Source: Bacteroidia bacterium (GTDB taxonomy: Bacteria > Bacteroidota > Bacteroidia > NS11-12g > UBA9320). From it: 64,000 nucleotides of DNA. The translations under genes and the position numbers were made by a program. The notes below the pieces were generated by a model. The model had not been told where the DNA came from. It ran no database searches and worked only from the letters and a program-made list of their open reading frames with translations. The stretch is from contig CBDCFW010000006.1 in the NCBI GenBank assembly GCA_965216465.1, positions 864,001 through 928,000 of the forward strand, given 5' to 3'. The stretch's first letter is position 1. Each line of letters starts with the position of its first letter. Shown piece by piece: positions 39,040 to 49,109 of the stretch.

Positions 39040-42000
39040 ATGAAAAAAATTTACAATTCGAATTGGCTTTTCAAATTAACAATGATGGCCGCAGCTTGCT
39101 TGCTTTTTGCAGGTACAGCAACGGCTCAGCTTAGTGGTAGTTATACCATCGACGCAGGTGGTACCGGTGATTTCTTGTCTTTCACCGAACTTGAAGACAC
39201 CCTAAAAAGTGACGGGGTTTCTGGAGCAGTTACAGTTGATGTACTTGCAGGATCAGGACCTTACACTGAAGATTTCAAATTAACTGAAATTACTGGGGCT
39301 TCTTCATCTAACACAATTACTATCAACGGTAATGATGAAAAGATCACTTTTAACGGTCAAACGTTAGGCTTTAACGGAACTGACTACATTACTTTCAATG
39401 ACCTTATCATTGAGTCAACATCTACTAGTGCAGCAAGAATTATTCGTGCTCATTCTGGTATTAACAACATGACTTTCGATGGATGTGAGGTTATTGCTAA
39501 CGGTGCTAACTCTTATGGAGGATGGCCAGCTTACTACCAAAGTGCTTACTTCTGGTTCGGTAACTCTAACTACTATTACAACGATGCTAGTGACGAAGTT
39601 TATGACATCACTATCAACGATTGTAAATTATGGAAAGGGAGTTCCTCAGTAAATAACCAAGGTAAAACTTATGGTATCTACTTTGCAACTGCTTACACTT
39701 CTGAAGTTAACTTGACAATTACTAACAATGACATTCAGGACATTGGTCAGTTTGCAATGTACTTGAGAAAAGTAAACGGTGGTCTTGTTGAAAACAACCA
39801 CATTCACAACGAAAACAATAGTGCAAATACTTACATTTACGCTATCTATGTTTACAACTACTTCCTTTCAGGATCTGAAGTTGTAACTATTTCTCACAAC
39901 AACATTCACGACATTTTCACTTCTAACAGAAGCTATGCTTACGCAAGTGTTTATGGAATTTATGCATATGGATACTATGCGGGTACTAACTGGGAAATTC
40001 ACAATAACGTAATTGCGTTATGGGGTCCTTACTACCAATATGGTATTTACAACTACGGTTATAACAGTTCTGGAGACATGAACGTATCTTATAACACGAT
40101 TAGAATGGATGGTAATGTATCTTATGCATATACTAGACATTATGGTATGTATTTCTACTACATCTCAGGTGGAGACGTTGTAAACAATATTATTGTTGAT
40201 GAAACTGCTAACTGGGGTGCTGGTAATGGTGGATCTTGGTTGATTTACATTTACCAAAGTGGACAAACATTTGATCACAACAGTTTAGATAATGAAAGCA
40301 TGATGGGATCAGCTGTTCCAGGTAATGTATACTATGCATACAACGGAGGTAACAGAAAAGAATTTACTGATTGGACAAACGACCAAGGTGGTTCTAACTC
40401 TGTAAATCACAATCCAAACTTTACTGACGTAGCTGGTGCGGACTTTACTCCTCAGAGTATTGCAATGGCTAACGCTGGTACTCCTACTACAATTACTGAA
40501 GATTTAACGTATTCAACTAGAAGTGGAACTACTCCAGATGTTGGAGCTATTGAGTACTTCGTTGATATCGAAGTTGTAAGTGTTGATATGACTGGTGGTA
40601 ACGAGTGTGCTCCATATACTGAAGATGTAGTTGTTACTCTTCAAAATAATGGACCAAACGATATCTCTGGTGTTCCAATGCAATACACTATTAATGGTGG
40701 AGCTCCAGTAATGGAAATTGTTACTACTTCAATTACTGCGGGTGGTACAATGCAGTTTACTTTTGCTCAACCTGCTAACCTTTACGGTTCTCAAACTCAC
40801 GACATTGATGTTTCTGTTGTAGGTGCTGATGATGTTCCTGCTAACAGTGATGGATCTCATACAATTACGACAACTGCTTCTCCATGGGGTGGTGACCTTG
40901 CACAAGGTGCTACTTGGAATGGATACTTCAATAATGGTTCAATGGGCGATCCTGATGTAACTGTTAAAGATCACGTAATTGAGTACGACATTACTCGTCC
41001 AGATGCTTATATGGGTTCTGCTCCTGGTACTTCAACTAGTGGAGATTACTACTACACTATTCAAGCAACTACTATGAGTGGTGTTGATGTAACTGGTTTT
41101 GGATTTAGCTTAACTAACAACGATGAGACTTTAACTGTTGATCCAGATCAAGCTCTTGCAGATTCTACGATCTTCATGAACATCATTGTTATGGATAACA
41201 ACACGGGTTGTGATACTTCTTTCGGAAGATACTTATATGTACCACATACTCCAGAAGTTGACTTTACTGAAATGGACATCTGCCTAGGCGATGTTGCTCA
41301 GTTCAAAAACACTTCTACTTTAGATGGTGACGATTATATGTTGAACACTTGGGATTTTGATGATCCAGATCCTGCTGTAACTGATGATAACTCTGATATC
41401 CTTGACGGATTCTGGAGCTACACTACTTACGGTTCTGCTGATGTAACTTTAACAGTAGTAAACGGACAGTACCCATTATTTGAGTACTCTATAACTAAAT
41501 CAATTACTGTTACTCCTAAGCCAGAAGTTGATTACAAAGTATTGAACGCTTGTGAAGGTTCAGACATTGTTTTCGATAACAACACTGCATTACCTGCAGG
41601 TATTACAGGTACAATTACTTACGATTGGGACTTCAACGGTGAAGGTTCTTCTACTGATGAAGATCCAACATTCATGTTCTCAACTCCAGGTCAAAGAGTT
41701 GTAACTCTTACTGCATCTGCAAACGGATGTGACGCTACATTAAGTAAAAATGCATACCAATTCGAAAACCCAGTTGCTGACTGGAGCTCAGTTGGAGAGT
41801 GTAACTTCGTTGATGTTGAATTCGTTAACGAAACTGCAATTCCAAATGACGCTAACTACGGTTTAGCTTGGGACTTCGGTGACGGAGGAATCTCTAGATT
41901 AGAGAACCCATCTCACGCTTTCGCTACTCCAGGTACTAAGACTGTTACTTTAACAGCTACTTCTGAGTTTGGTTGTGTGAGCATGCATACTTCAACTGTT

Positions 42001-43017
42001 GAACTTAAAGAGTCTCCTGAGGCAGACTTCGATTGGGATGCAGCTTGTAACCTTACTCCAATTAACTTTACAAGAACTGGTTCTGTACCTAACGGTGGAA
42101 CTGGAAGCTCTTACGCTTGGGATTTCAACGGTGAGTCAGTGTCTGGAATGGAAAATCCATCACACTTATTCTCTAATGTAGGTCCTAAAACTGTAAGCTT
42201 AACTATCTCTGACCTTAACGGATGTTCAAGCAGCATTACTAAAGAAGTAAACGTTGTATTACAAGCAGTTGCTGATTTCGAAGTTGCTGACGTTTGTGAA
42301 GGTGACGAGGCTGTATTTACTAACAAATCATCTGTTGCTGCTGGTGACCTTGAGTACATGTGGAGCTTCGGAGAAAACAACGCTACTTCTGAAGACCTTT
42401 CTCCAAGACACGCATACGATGTTACTGGTAACACTAGACTTGTTAGTGTAACTCTACAAGCTATCGTTCCTGGTGGATGTTCTGATGAGATTACTTTACC
42501 TCTTACTGTAAACGCTGCTCCAGATGCATCATTTACTGCTGAGACTCAAGGTAGAACTGTAATCTTTGATGGTCCTTCTGGAAACAGCATTTACCAATGG
42601 AGATTCGGTAACGGAGCTTCTGCAACTAGCGAAGATGTTAACTATACTTACACTAACGTAGACGAAGGTACTTTCGAAGTTTGCTTAGCAACTAAGAATG
42701 CAGAGTGCTGGAGTGAAGAGTGTAACCTAGTTACTATCAACCTTGCTGGTATCGAAGATCTTACTGAGAACAATGATATGATTAGCGTATACCCTAACCC
42801 AACTACTGGATCATTCAACTTAGAAGTTGAAAATGCATCTGATGACATGGTTGTTAAGGTTGCTGACATATTAGGAAACGAATTGAACGTTGAAGTAATC
42901 AACAACCTTAACGGTAAGTTCATCGTAAACATGTCTGCTGTAGCTGACGGAGTTTACTTTGTACAAGTTAAGAACGGTGATTTCTATGCAACGAAAAGAA
43001 TTACAGTTTCTAAATAA
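39040..43017 (+). CDS. Large T9SS-sorted surface protein: beta-helix-like region + about 6 PKD domains + type A CTD
   Basis: Signal peptide, LSGSYTI, Tyr/Asn-rich repeats, PDVGAIEY, WDF/WSF/WRF.G PKD motifs, YPNP...GVYFVQV..KRI CTD. Confidence 0.85.
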   Translation: MKKIYNSNWLFKLTMMAAACLLFAGTATAQLSGSYTIDAGGTGDFLSFTELEDTLKSDGVSGAVTVDVLAGSGPYTEDFKLTEITGASSSNTITINGNDEKITFNGQTLGFNGTDYITFNDLIIESTSTSAARIIRAHSGINNMTFDGCEVIANGANSYGGWPAYYQSAYFWFGNSNYYYNDASDEVYDITINDCKLWKGSSSVNNQGKTYGIYFATAYTSEVNLTITNNDIQDIGQFAMYLRKVNGGLVENNHIHNENNSANTYIYAIYVYNYFLSGSEVVTISHNNIHDIFTSNRSYAYASVYGIYAYGYYAGTNWEIHNNVIALWGPYYQYGIYNYGYNSSGDMNVSYNTIRMDGNVSYAYTRHYGMYFYYISGGDVVNNIIVDETANWGAGNGGSWLIYIYQSGQTFDHNSLDNESMMGSAVPGNVYYAYNGGNRKEFTDWTNDQGGSNSVNHNPNFTDVAGADFTPQSIAMANAGTPTTITEDLTYSTRSGTTPDVGAIEYFVDIEVVSVDMTGGNECAPYTEDVVVTLQNNGPNDISGVPMQYTINGGAPVMEIVTTSITAGGTMQFTFAQPANLYGSQTHDIDVSVVGADDVPANSDGSHTITTTASPWGGDLAQGATWNGYFNNGSMGDPDVTVKDHVIEYDITRPDAYMGSAPGTSTSGDYYYTIQATTMSGVDVTGFGFSLTNNDETLTVDPDQALADSTIFMNIIVMDNNTGCDTSFGRYLYVPHTPEVDFTEMDICLGDVAQFKNTSTLDGDDYMLNTWDFDDPDPAVTDDNSDILDGFWSYTTYGSADVTLTVVNGQYPLFEYSITKSITVTPKPEVDYKVLNACEGSDIVFDNNTALPAGITGTITYDWDFNGEGSSTDEDPTFMFSTPGQRVVTLTASANGCDATLSKNAYQFENPVADWSSVGECNFVDVEFVNETAIPNDANYGLAWDFGDGGISRLENPSHAFATPGTKTVTLTATSEFGCVSMHTSTVELKESPEADFDWDAACNLTPINFTRTGSVPNGGTGSSYAWDFNGESVSGMENPSHLFSNVGPKTVSLTISDLNGCSSSITKEVNVVLQAVADFEVADVCEGDEAVFTNKSSVAAGDLEYMWSFGENNATSEDLSPRHAYDVTGNTRLVSVTLQAIVPGGCSDEITLPLTVNAAPDASFTAETQGRTVIFDGPSGNSIYQWRFGNGASATSEDVNYTYTNVDEGTFEVCLATKNAECWSEECNLVTINLAGIEDLTENNDMISVYPNPTTGSFNLEVENASDDMVVKVADILGNELNVEVINNLNGKFIVNMSAVADGVYFVQVKNGDFYATKRITVSK

Positions 43018-43036
43018 ATTGTAAAAAATAAAACTG

Positions 43037-43073
43037 AAAAGCCTTCTATCTTTCGATAGGAGGCTTTTTTTTT
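43037..43073 (+). terminator. Intrinsic terminator
   Basis: GCCTTCTATC-TTTC-GATAGGAGGC + T9. Confidence 0.85.
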
Positions 43074-43079
43074 GTTCTT

Positions 43080-43847
43080 ATGTTAACATCTAGAATTAAC
43101 AACAGAATAGGCATCATTACGCTAGATAGGCCCGAAAAGAGAAATGCGTTTAATGCTGAGTTGGTTACACTACTGCACGAAACCATTGTTAAATTCAATA
43201 ACGATGATAACGTACGTGCAATTCTTATTCAAGCCAACGGAAAAGCATTTAGTGCAGGTGCTGACTTGAAATACCTTCAACAACTTAGAGCAAATACACT
43301 CAATGAGAACGAAGAAGATAGTAAGCAGCTGGCAGAGATGTTCAAGGCCTTGTACAATTCTCCTAAGCTTACCATATCTGCAGTCAATGGACATGCTTTA
43401 GCAGGAGGATGTGGACTTGCGACAATTACAGATTTCTGCTGGGCAACTCCTAATTCTAACTTTGGCTATACTGAGGTGAAAATTGGTTTTATACCTGCAA
43501 TTGTTCTTACCTTTCTTTTGAGAAAAGTAGATGGTCAAAACCTAAATGAATTATTGTTAACCGGAAAAATAGTTACTGCTCAAGAAGCAAAAGACTTGAG
43601 CCTAATTTCGGACGTAATAGACAGTGATTCTTTCGAACACACGGTAGAAGAGCGAATTCAGCAGTTAATTTCATCAACATCTGGACAAGCGATAGCTAAA
43701 ACAAAAGAGCTAATTAGGGCTGTAGATGCAAAACAAATTAATGAGAGTTTAGATACCGCTTCGAAGTATAATGCTATTGCTCGCAGTTCTGACGATTGCA
43801 TAAAAGGCGTCGATTCTTTTCTAAATAAGACTAAGATAAGCTGGTAA
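43080..43847 (+). CDS. Enoyl-CoA hydratase family (methylglutaconyl-CoA hydratase-like)
   Basis: RPEKRNA, FSAGADL, GHALAGGCGL, EVKIGFIP. Confidence 0.85.
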   Translation: MLTSRINNRIGIITLDRPEKRNAFNAELVTLLHETIVKFNNDDNVRAILIQANGKAFSAGADLKYLQQLRANTLNENEEDSKQLAEMFKALYNSPKLTISAVNGHALAGGCGLATITDFCWATPNSNFGYTEVKIGFIPAIVLTFLLRKVDGQNLNELLLTGKIVTAQEAKDLSLISDVIDSDSFEHTVEERIQQLISSTSGQAIAKTKELIRAVDAKQINESLDTASKYNAIARSSDDCIKGVDSFLNKTKISW

Positions 43848-44608
43848 TGATTGATACACACTCACACCTGTACGCATCTCAATTTGAAGAAGATATTCAA
43901 GAAGTTGTTGAAAGAGCTAAAGCTGCTGGATTAACTAAAATTCTACTTCCGAACATCAATATAGAAAGTATAGAGCAATTAAATAAGTTAGTAGAGCAAG
44001 AACCACAGTTCTTTTATAGAATGATCGGACTTCATCCTTGCTCTGTCGAAGACAACTATAAAGATGTTTTAGCCACGATAAAGGAAGAGTTAAATGCCAA
44101 ACCTTGTATTGCGGTAGGTGAAATTGGAGTTGATCTTTACTGGGATAAGTCAACACAAAAGATTCAAGAAGAAGCCTTTTTAATACAATGCGAATGGGCA
44201 ATCGAGAGCAATTTACCCATTGTAATACATTCTAGAGAGTCTATTGACCTCATCATTGATCTGATTAAGGAAAACCTACCAAATGGCATTAGAGGTGTGT
44301 TTCATTGCTTTACAGGCACCTTAGAGCAAGCTCAGACCATTATAGATATGGGAATGTATTTAGGAATTGGAGGTGTTGTTACTTTCAAGAATTCAAATCT
44401 AAGGGATGTGTTAAAAGATGTTTCACTGGATAGAATCATAATCGAGACCGATTCACCCTACCTTGCTCCTGTTCCTTATCGCGGGAAGCGAAACGAGTCG
44501 TCATATATCACCGAAGTGGTAAAAGAGCTCTCAAAAATTTACGATTTAAGTTCGGAGGAGATTGACAAGATAACCACCGAAAATGCTCAGAAGTTGTTCG
44601 ATTTGTAA
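43847..44608 (+). CDS. tatD: TatD family hydrolase
   Basis: DTHSH, GLHP, GEIG, HSR, HCF, ETDSPYL. Confidence 0.92.
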   Translation: MIDTHSHLYASQFEEDIQEVVERAKAAGLTKILLPNINIESIEQLNKLVEQEPQFFYRMIGLHPCSVEDNYKDVLATIKEELNAKPCIAVGEIGVDLYWDKSTQKIQEEAFLIQCEWAIESNLPIVIHSRESIDLIIDLIKENLPNGIRGVFHCFTGTLEQAQTIIDMGMYLGIGGVVTFKNSNLRDVLKDVSLDRIIIETDSPYLAPVPYRGKRNESSYITEVVKELSKIYDLSSEEIDKITTENAQKLFDL

Positions 44609-44626
44609 TTACTTTTGCGGCCATTC

Positions 44627-44713
44627 GGAGAGATGCCAGAGCGGTCGATCGGGCTACCCTGGAAAGGTAGTGTACCCTTACGGGTACCGAGGGTTCGAAT
44701 CCCTCTCTCTCCG
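44627..44713 (+). tRNA. tRNA-Ser (GGA)
   Basis: GGAGAGA acceptor, CTACC-CTGGAAA-GGTAG anticodon arm, long variable arm, GGTTCGAATCC; TACTTTTG -7 box at 44610. Confidence 0.95.
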
Positions 44714-44718
44714 CAAGT

Positions 44719-44749
44719 AAAGCCAATCCCTAAGAGGATTGGCTTTTTT
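44719..44749 (+). terminator. Terminator after tRNA-Ser
   Basis: AAAGCCAATCC-CTAAGA-GGATTGGCTTTTTT. Confidence 0.8.
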
Positions 44750-44772
44750 ATTGAGCCTGTGCTAAGCTCGCT

Positions 44773-45054
44773 TAAGCACAGGCTCATAAAAAAGACATTG
44801 AGCACGCAGTGCTATGGCTTTACTTGTTAGGCCACCCCTTAGGGAAAAAGCGACTGCAAGGAGCTTAATCCCCATAAGCACAGGCTCATAAAAAAGACAT
44901 TGAGCACGCAGTGCTATGGCTTTACTTGTTAGGCCACCCCTTAGGGAAAAAGCGACTGCAAGGAGCTTAATCCCCTTAATCACAGGCTCATAAAAAAGAC
45001 ATTGAGCACGCAGTGCTATGGCTTTACTTGTTAGGCCCTCCTTACGGAAAAAGC
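44773..45054. repeat. 102-bp tandem repeat, about 2.8 near-identical copies, downstream of tRNA-Ser
   Basis: CACAGGCTCATAAAAAAGACATTGAGCACGCAGTGC... starts at 44777, 44879 and 44981. Confidence 0.95.
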
Positions 45055-45230
45055 AATGGGGGTTAATGAAGGAGGTTAATCCCATCTCGCTTCGAGTATG
45101 TGACTAATTAAAAGACAAAAGCACGTCCTGCTACACCTCCTAAATTACCCCCTTTCCCTTCATTTCAATATATTTGAAGTTGTGCTGCAAAAGCACCTAT
45201 AACCATTATTTAATCGACACCATTATTAAT

Positions 45231-45995
45231 ATGCTTTCAAGAGTAATACTTGTGTGCTTCATCTTTGTCCTTTGGTCTATAGGCTCAGGATATTACTATG
45301 TCTGCCACGTCAAGCAGGCATGTGCTAATCCCTTGCAAACCGAGATCGTTTTACAAGAACCAATCCAATTCACTATTTCAGAAGAAAAGCCAACTTTAGG
45401 CACTGACTTCGAAACTTGGAAGAATGAAATTCTAGCAAAACAAAACAACGATAACCAACTCCAAATTGTAGGTCTGTATTCTTCTGCAGAAGTGAATAAT
45501 TCAATACATCGAGATTTGGGTATCGCACGAGCTGTTCAAGTACAAGAAGCGTTAGGCATCAGCGTAGAAGAGGTAATTATAGAATCTCGACAAACTGAAA
45601 TCGACTGGTCTAAAACTTATGCTGAAGCCATAGAGTTTGAATATGTAATTAAAAATAAGAACGTAATTGAAAACGATTTTGGAGCGGTTCTTATATTAAG
45701 TCCATATGCCGTTCCTGAAGAAGTGCCTGTAGATATTATGAACTATTTAAAAGAAATCTGTAAACATGCAGAAAACCAGGTGATTGATATTGTTGGATAT
45801 AGCCCAGAATTAAACGATGTCGCAGAAAACTACAGTCAAGGGTATCACTCTGCAAACTTGATTCGTGATATCTTCGCTGAGCAGGGATATCCATCAGAAT
45901 TGTTAAACGTAGCTTCCGAAGGTTCAAGAAGAGATAATTTGTCCATAGATTTTATGCCAGATTCCGTTAACCTTGTTGAAGTAATAATTAGATAA
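45231..45995 (+). CDS. Membrane-anchored protein with degenerate OmpA-like domains
   Basis: N-terminal TM ending YYYVCHVK; I.GLY..E..LG.ARA and DIVGY segments. Confidence 0.55.
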   Translation: MLSRVILVCFIFVLWSIGSGYYYVCHVKQACANPLQTEIVLQEPIQFTISEEKPTLGTDFETWKNEILAKQNNDNQLQIVGLYSSAEVNNSIHRDLGIARAVQVQEALGISVEEVIIESRQTEIDWSKTYAEAIEFEYVIKNKNVIENDFGAVLILSPYAVPEEVPVDIMNYLKEICKHAENQVIDIVGYSPELNDVAENYSQGYHSANLIRDIFAEQGYPSELLNVASEGSRRDNLSIDFMPDSVNLVEVIIR

Positions 45996-45998
45996 AAA

Positions 45999-46676
45999 AT
46001 GGAGGAAAGAATTATAGAAGGAGCCAACGGCCAAATGTATTACATAGAAATAGCCATTATTTTATTAGGAGCATTTATTCTAGGTTATGTGCTGAGATGG
46101 TTGCTTAACGATAAGTACAAGAAACAAATTAAAAAGCTTGAACTCGATATTTCAATGTTGAAACTGAACTCAAAACCGGAGGAAAGTTTTAAAAAACTTG
46201 AAACCAATATTATTGCCCAACAAGCCGAAATCGATAAGCTAAAATCTTTACTCAAGTTTGCTAAAACAGACAAAGAAGATGCACTTAGAAGTGCCGACCT
46301 GCTAAAAAAGGAGATTGAAGCCTTGCAAAAATCAAAATCAGTAGAAGAAGCAACAGAAACACCCGCATTTGAGCCGGAACAGGTACAGGAGCAAGAAGAA
46401 ATTGTATTGTCTACTTCACAAAAAGATGACTTAACAAAGATTGAAGGGGTAGGGCCTAAAATTGAACAAATATTAAACGAAGCAGGAATAGCAACTTTTC
46501 GCGATATACTTTCAAAACCGCCATCAGAAATTAAATCGGTGCTGGTAGCTCAAAGCCCAACATATGCAGTACATGACCCTGCGACATGGGCTGAACAAGC
46601 AAAATTAGCTGTTGCAAATAAGTGGGAAGAATTAGCTAGCCTTCAATTGAAACTTAAAGGAGGAAAGCGTAAGTAA
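45999..46676 (+). CDS. Membrane-anchored coiled-coil protein with C-terminal helix-hairpin-helix (DUF4332-like)
   Basis: TM helix, coiled coil, DDLTKIEGVGPKIEQIL..AGI, W.EQA. Confidence 0.7.
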   Translation: MEERIIEGANGQMYYIEIAIILLGAFILGYVLRWLLNDKYKKQIKKLELDISMLKLNSKPEESFKKLETNIIAQQAEIDKLKSLLKFAKTDKEDALRSADLLKKEIEALQKSKSVEEATETPAFEPEQVQEQEEIVLSTSQKDDLTKIEGVGPKIEQILNEAGIATFRDILSKPPSEIKSVLVAQSPTYAVHDPATWAEQAKLAVANKWEELASLQLKLKGGKRK

Positions 46677-47171
46677 TTAGCCTTTTCTAATCTTTTCAAT
46701 AATAGAAGTACTGCTGTGACCTTCTAAGAATGGAATCACTTCCACCTTACCACCATCTTTAATGACCTCTGTAGCTCCTACAATGGTTTCAAATGTATAG
46801 TCGCCACCTTTTACCAAGATATCTGGCTTAACTGTTGTAATCAGCTCTAATGGGGTTTCTTCTCCAAAATAAACCACAGCATCCACAAAAGCCATTGCTG
46901 CCAATTTAGTTGCTCGAGTTTGTTCTTGAATTACGGGTCTATTTTCTCCTTTCAGTTTTGAAACCGATTGATCGGTGTTGATTCCAATCACTAATCGGTC
47001 ACCGAGATCCGCTGCCTTACTTAGGTAATCTATATGACCAAGGTGTAATAAGTCGAAACATCCATTGGTAAATACAATTCGATCATTGAACGATTTCCAT
47101 ACTTCAACTTGCTCAGCCAATTCGGTGTAGCTTGTATAGATTTTTTCTTCAATGAGTTGTTTCCACTCCAT
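46677..47171 (-). CDS. rfaE2: D-glycero-beta-D-manno-heptose 1-phosphate adenylyltransferase (RfaE domain II)
   Basis: FTNGCFDLLHLGH, KGENRP, KGGDY, STSII. Confidence 0.9.
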   Translation of the reverse strand: MEWKQLIEEKIYTSYTELAEQVEVWKSFNDRIVFTNGCFDLLHLGHIDYLSKAADLGDRLVIGINTDQSVSKLKGENRPVIQEQTRATKLAAMAFVDAVVYFGEETPLELITTVKPDILVKGGDYTFETIVGATEVIKDGGKVEVIPFLEGHSSTSIIEKIRKG

Positions 47172-48153
47172 TCTTCTTAATTTTTTGCGATTGAACGATG
47201 AACGATATTACAGAGAATATTCCTACTCCAATGATAACAATAAATTGCACGGCATGCGTAATTAATGTATAAGAGCCTGCTATTAATGAATCAATTCCAT
47301 AAAGTGCTAAAGCTGCTGGAACCAATATTTCAAAGGTACCAACACCGCCAGGAACAGGAACAATCATCGCAGCAGTTCCAAAAAGTAAAACGGTTAATCC
47401 AGCAGAAACGCCTAAATGTGCAGTTCCTTCCAGTGCAAATAGAGTAAAGTAAGGCATGCAGAAGTACATGGCCCATATAAAAAGACTATAAAAAATAAAT
47501 AATCCCTTTTTCTCTAGTGCAAAAATGGTTTTGAAACCATCTAATATCCCCTCGATAAAGTCTTTAAACTTATTAATAATAGGCAAGGTGTAAATCCACT
47601 TTCTCTTTTTGTATAGAATGCCAATAATGAGCAATCCAAATAAACCTACTACAGCATAAATGATGAGCGAATTTGCGTTTATAGGGGAAAACAAGTCAGT
47701 TGCAAATTCATAGATGGTGTCAAACAAAAGAAAGAAGATCCCAATCGCAATCAACACCGTAATTATTAAATCAATAACTCTCTCAACAACCACAGTTCCT
47801 ACCAGTTTGTTGAAAGGAATATTCTCCAACTTCGAAAGTACCGCAGGCCGTGTAATTTCACCAACTCTTGGAAGTGCAAAATTGACCAGGTATCCAAGTA
47901 TTACAGCATGAAAACTGTTTGTTGGCCTGGCATTATACCCCATGGGTGTAAGCAACAGGTTCCATCGCAAAGCTCTAGCTAAATGGCTAAGCACGCCACA
48001 AAACATGGAAAGAGCAATCCACTTGTAATCGGCATTTCTGATTTCATGAACAAGGTCACCCAAGTCTTCCTTTCCCAAGGCCCAATAAAATAGTCCAACA
48101 CCTAAGGTGAGGAATACAACTGTGTTGATGATGGTTTTAGTTTTCTTATTCAA
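47149..48153 (-). CDS. Lysylphosphatidylglycerol synthase TM-domain (UPF0104) flippase-like protein
   Basis: [30 protein letters not shown]; TTG start overlapping the panD stop. Confidence 0.8.
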   Translation of the reverse strand: MNKKTKTIINTVVFLTLGVGLFYWALGKEDLGDLVHEIRNADYKWIALSMFCGVLSHLARALRWNLLLTPMGYNARPTNSFHAVILGYLVNFALPRVGEITRPAVLSKLENIPFNKLVGTVVVERVIDLIITVLIAIGIFFLLFDTIYEFATDLFSPINANSLIIYAVVGLFGLLIIGILYKKRKWIYTLPIINKFKDFIEGILDGFKTIFALEKKGLFIFYSLFIWAMYFCMPYFTLFALEGTAHLGVSAGLTVLLFGTAAMIVPVPGGVGTFEILVPAALALYGIDSLIAGSYTLITHAVQFIVIIGVGIFSVISFIVQSQKIKKNGVETTH

Positions 48154-48499
48154 GAATAGCTTTGTTTTGATGATCAGGGAATACGAGATGTGGAGTATAA
48201 GATTTGGCTTCGTTAAACTCCATGAGTGCAAATGATATGATGATTACAACATCGCCTTTGGCAGCCTTACGTGCCGCAGCACCATTCAGACAAATCATTC
48301 CGCTTCCTCGTTTTCCAGCAATTGCATAAGTTTCAAGTCGTTCACCATTGTTGTTATTTACAACCAATACTTTTTCGCCTTCAATTAAATTGGCTGCATC
48401 CATAAGATCCTCGTCTATGGTAATACTGCCCACATAATCAAGTTCAGTTTGAGTAACTTTAGCTCTGTGAATCTTTGATTTTAGTACTTCAATTAACAT
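48146..48499 (-). CDS. panD: Aspartate 1-decarboxylase
   Basis: [15 protein letters not shown] (G|S autocleavage site), ETY, NGAAAR. Confidence 0.95.
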   Translation of the reverse strand: MLIEVLKSKIHRAKVTQTELDYVGSITIDEDLMDAANLIEGEKVLVVNNNNGERLETYAIAGKRGSGMICLNGAAARKAAKGDVVIIISFALMEFNEAKSYTPHLVFPDHQNKAILE

Positions 48500-48599
48500 C
48501 TCTTTAATTGGGTCTGGCAAAAGTAATTGATAAACTGAAATACCTCTTATCAATTCTATTGACCATCTTATTAATCCGCTATAAGATAGTAACAAAGTT

Positions 48600-49109
48600 G
48601 TGCGTCAATTGATTATGCAACGAATATTTAAATCCACACCCGAGATCACAAGCGGTTCGATGGCAGACATTGCTTTCTTGCTGCTCATTTTTTTCCTGGT
48701 CACCACAACCATTGATGTTGATTACGGAATCTCTACTAACATTTCAAAACCCTTTGATGTGCCCGACAGCCTGAGTTTGGAGGTATCAACACTTGTTCTT
48801 AACCAACAAGGGGCAATGCTCTTAGACGATAAGGATGTTAAATTCAATGACTTAAGCCAAAAAATTGCTGAAGACTTTAACAATCAGGCCTCAGTAAAAA
48901 ACGTATTGCTTGTAAAGTCAGAGCGAAATGTCGACTACGAATTATTTATCAGCGCCCTGAATGAAAGCAAAAAAGGGTTTAAGGTTTTCTACGACCGAAT
49001 GGCACGAGAAAAATATAATTCAACATACGTTGAACTTTCAGACAGTAACAAAGTTCAGCTTAAGTTGCTTCATCCGGTATCATTGGCTGAAGATGTTATT
49101 GAGCTTTAA
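48600..49109 (+). CDS. exbD: ExbD/TolR family protein (stand-alone)
   Basis: [18 protein letters not shown]. Confidence 0.8.
   Translation: MRQLIMQRIFKSTPEITSGSMADIAFLLLIFFLVTTTIDVDYGISTNISKPFDVPDSLSLEVSTLVLNQQGAMLLDDKDVKFNDLSQKIAEDFNNQASVKNVLLVKSERNVDYELFISALNESKKGFKVFYDRMAREKYNSTYVELSDSNKVQLKLLHPVSLAEDVIEL

Noticed and set aside
44508-44830. Short ORFs overlapping tRNA-Ser
   Set aside because: They are translations of the tRNA and its terminator
44773-45054. CRISPR array
   Set aside because: Units are near-identical along their whole 102 bp with no unique spacers, and no cas genes are present
44762-45085. 107-aa repeat ORF on the minus strand
   Set aside because: Follows from the repeat period being a multiple of 3; no recognisable protein features
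44627-46676. Genomic island integrated at tRNA-Ser
   Set aside because: No integrase, no clean att duplication found, and downstream genes look like ordinary Bacteroidota genes
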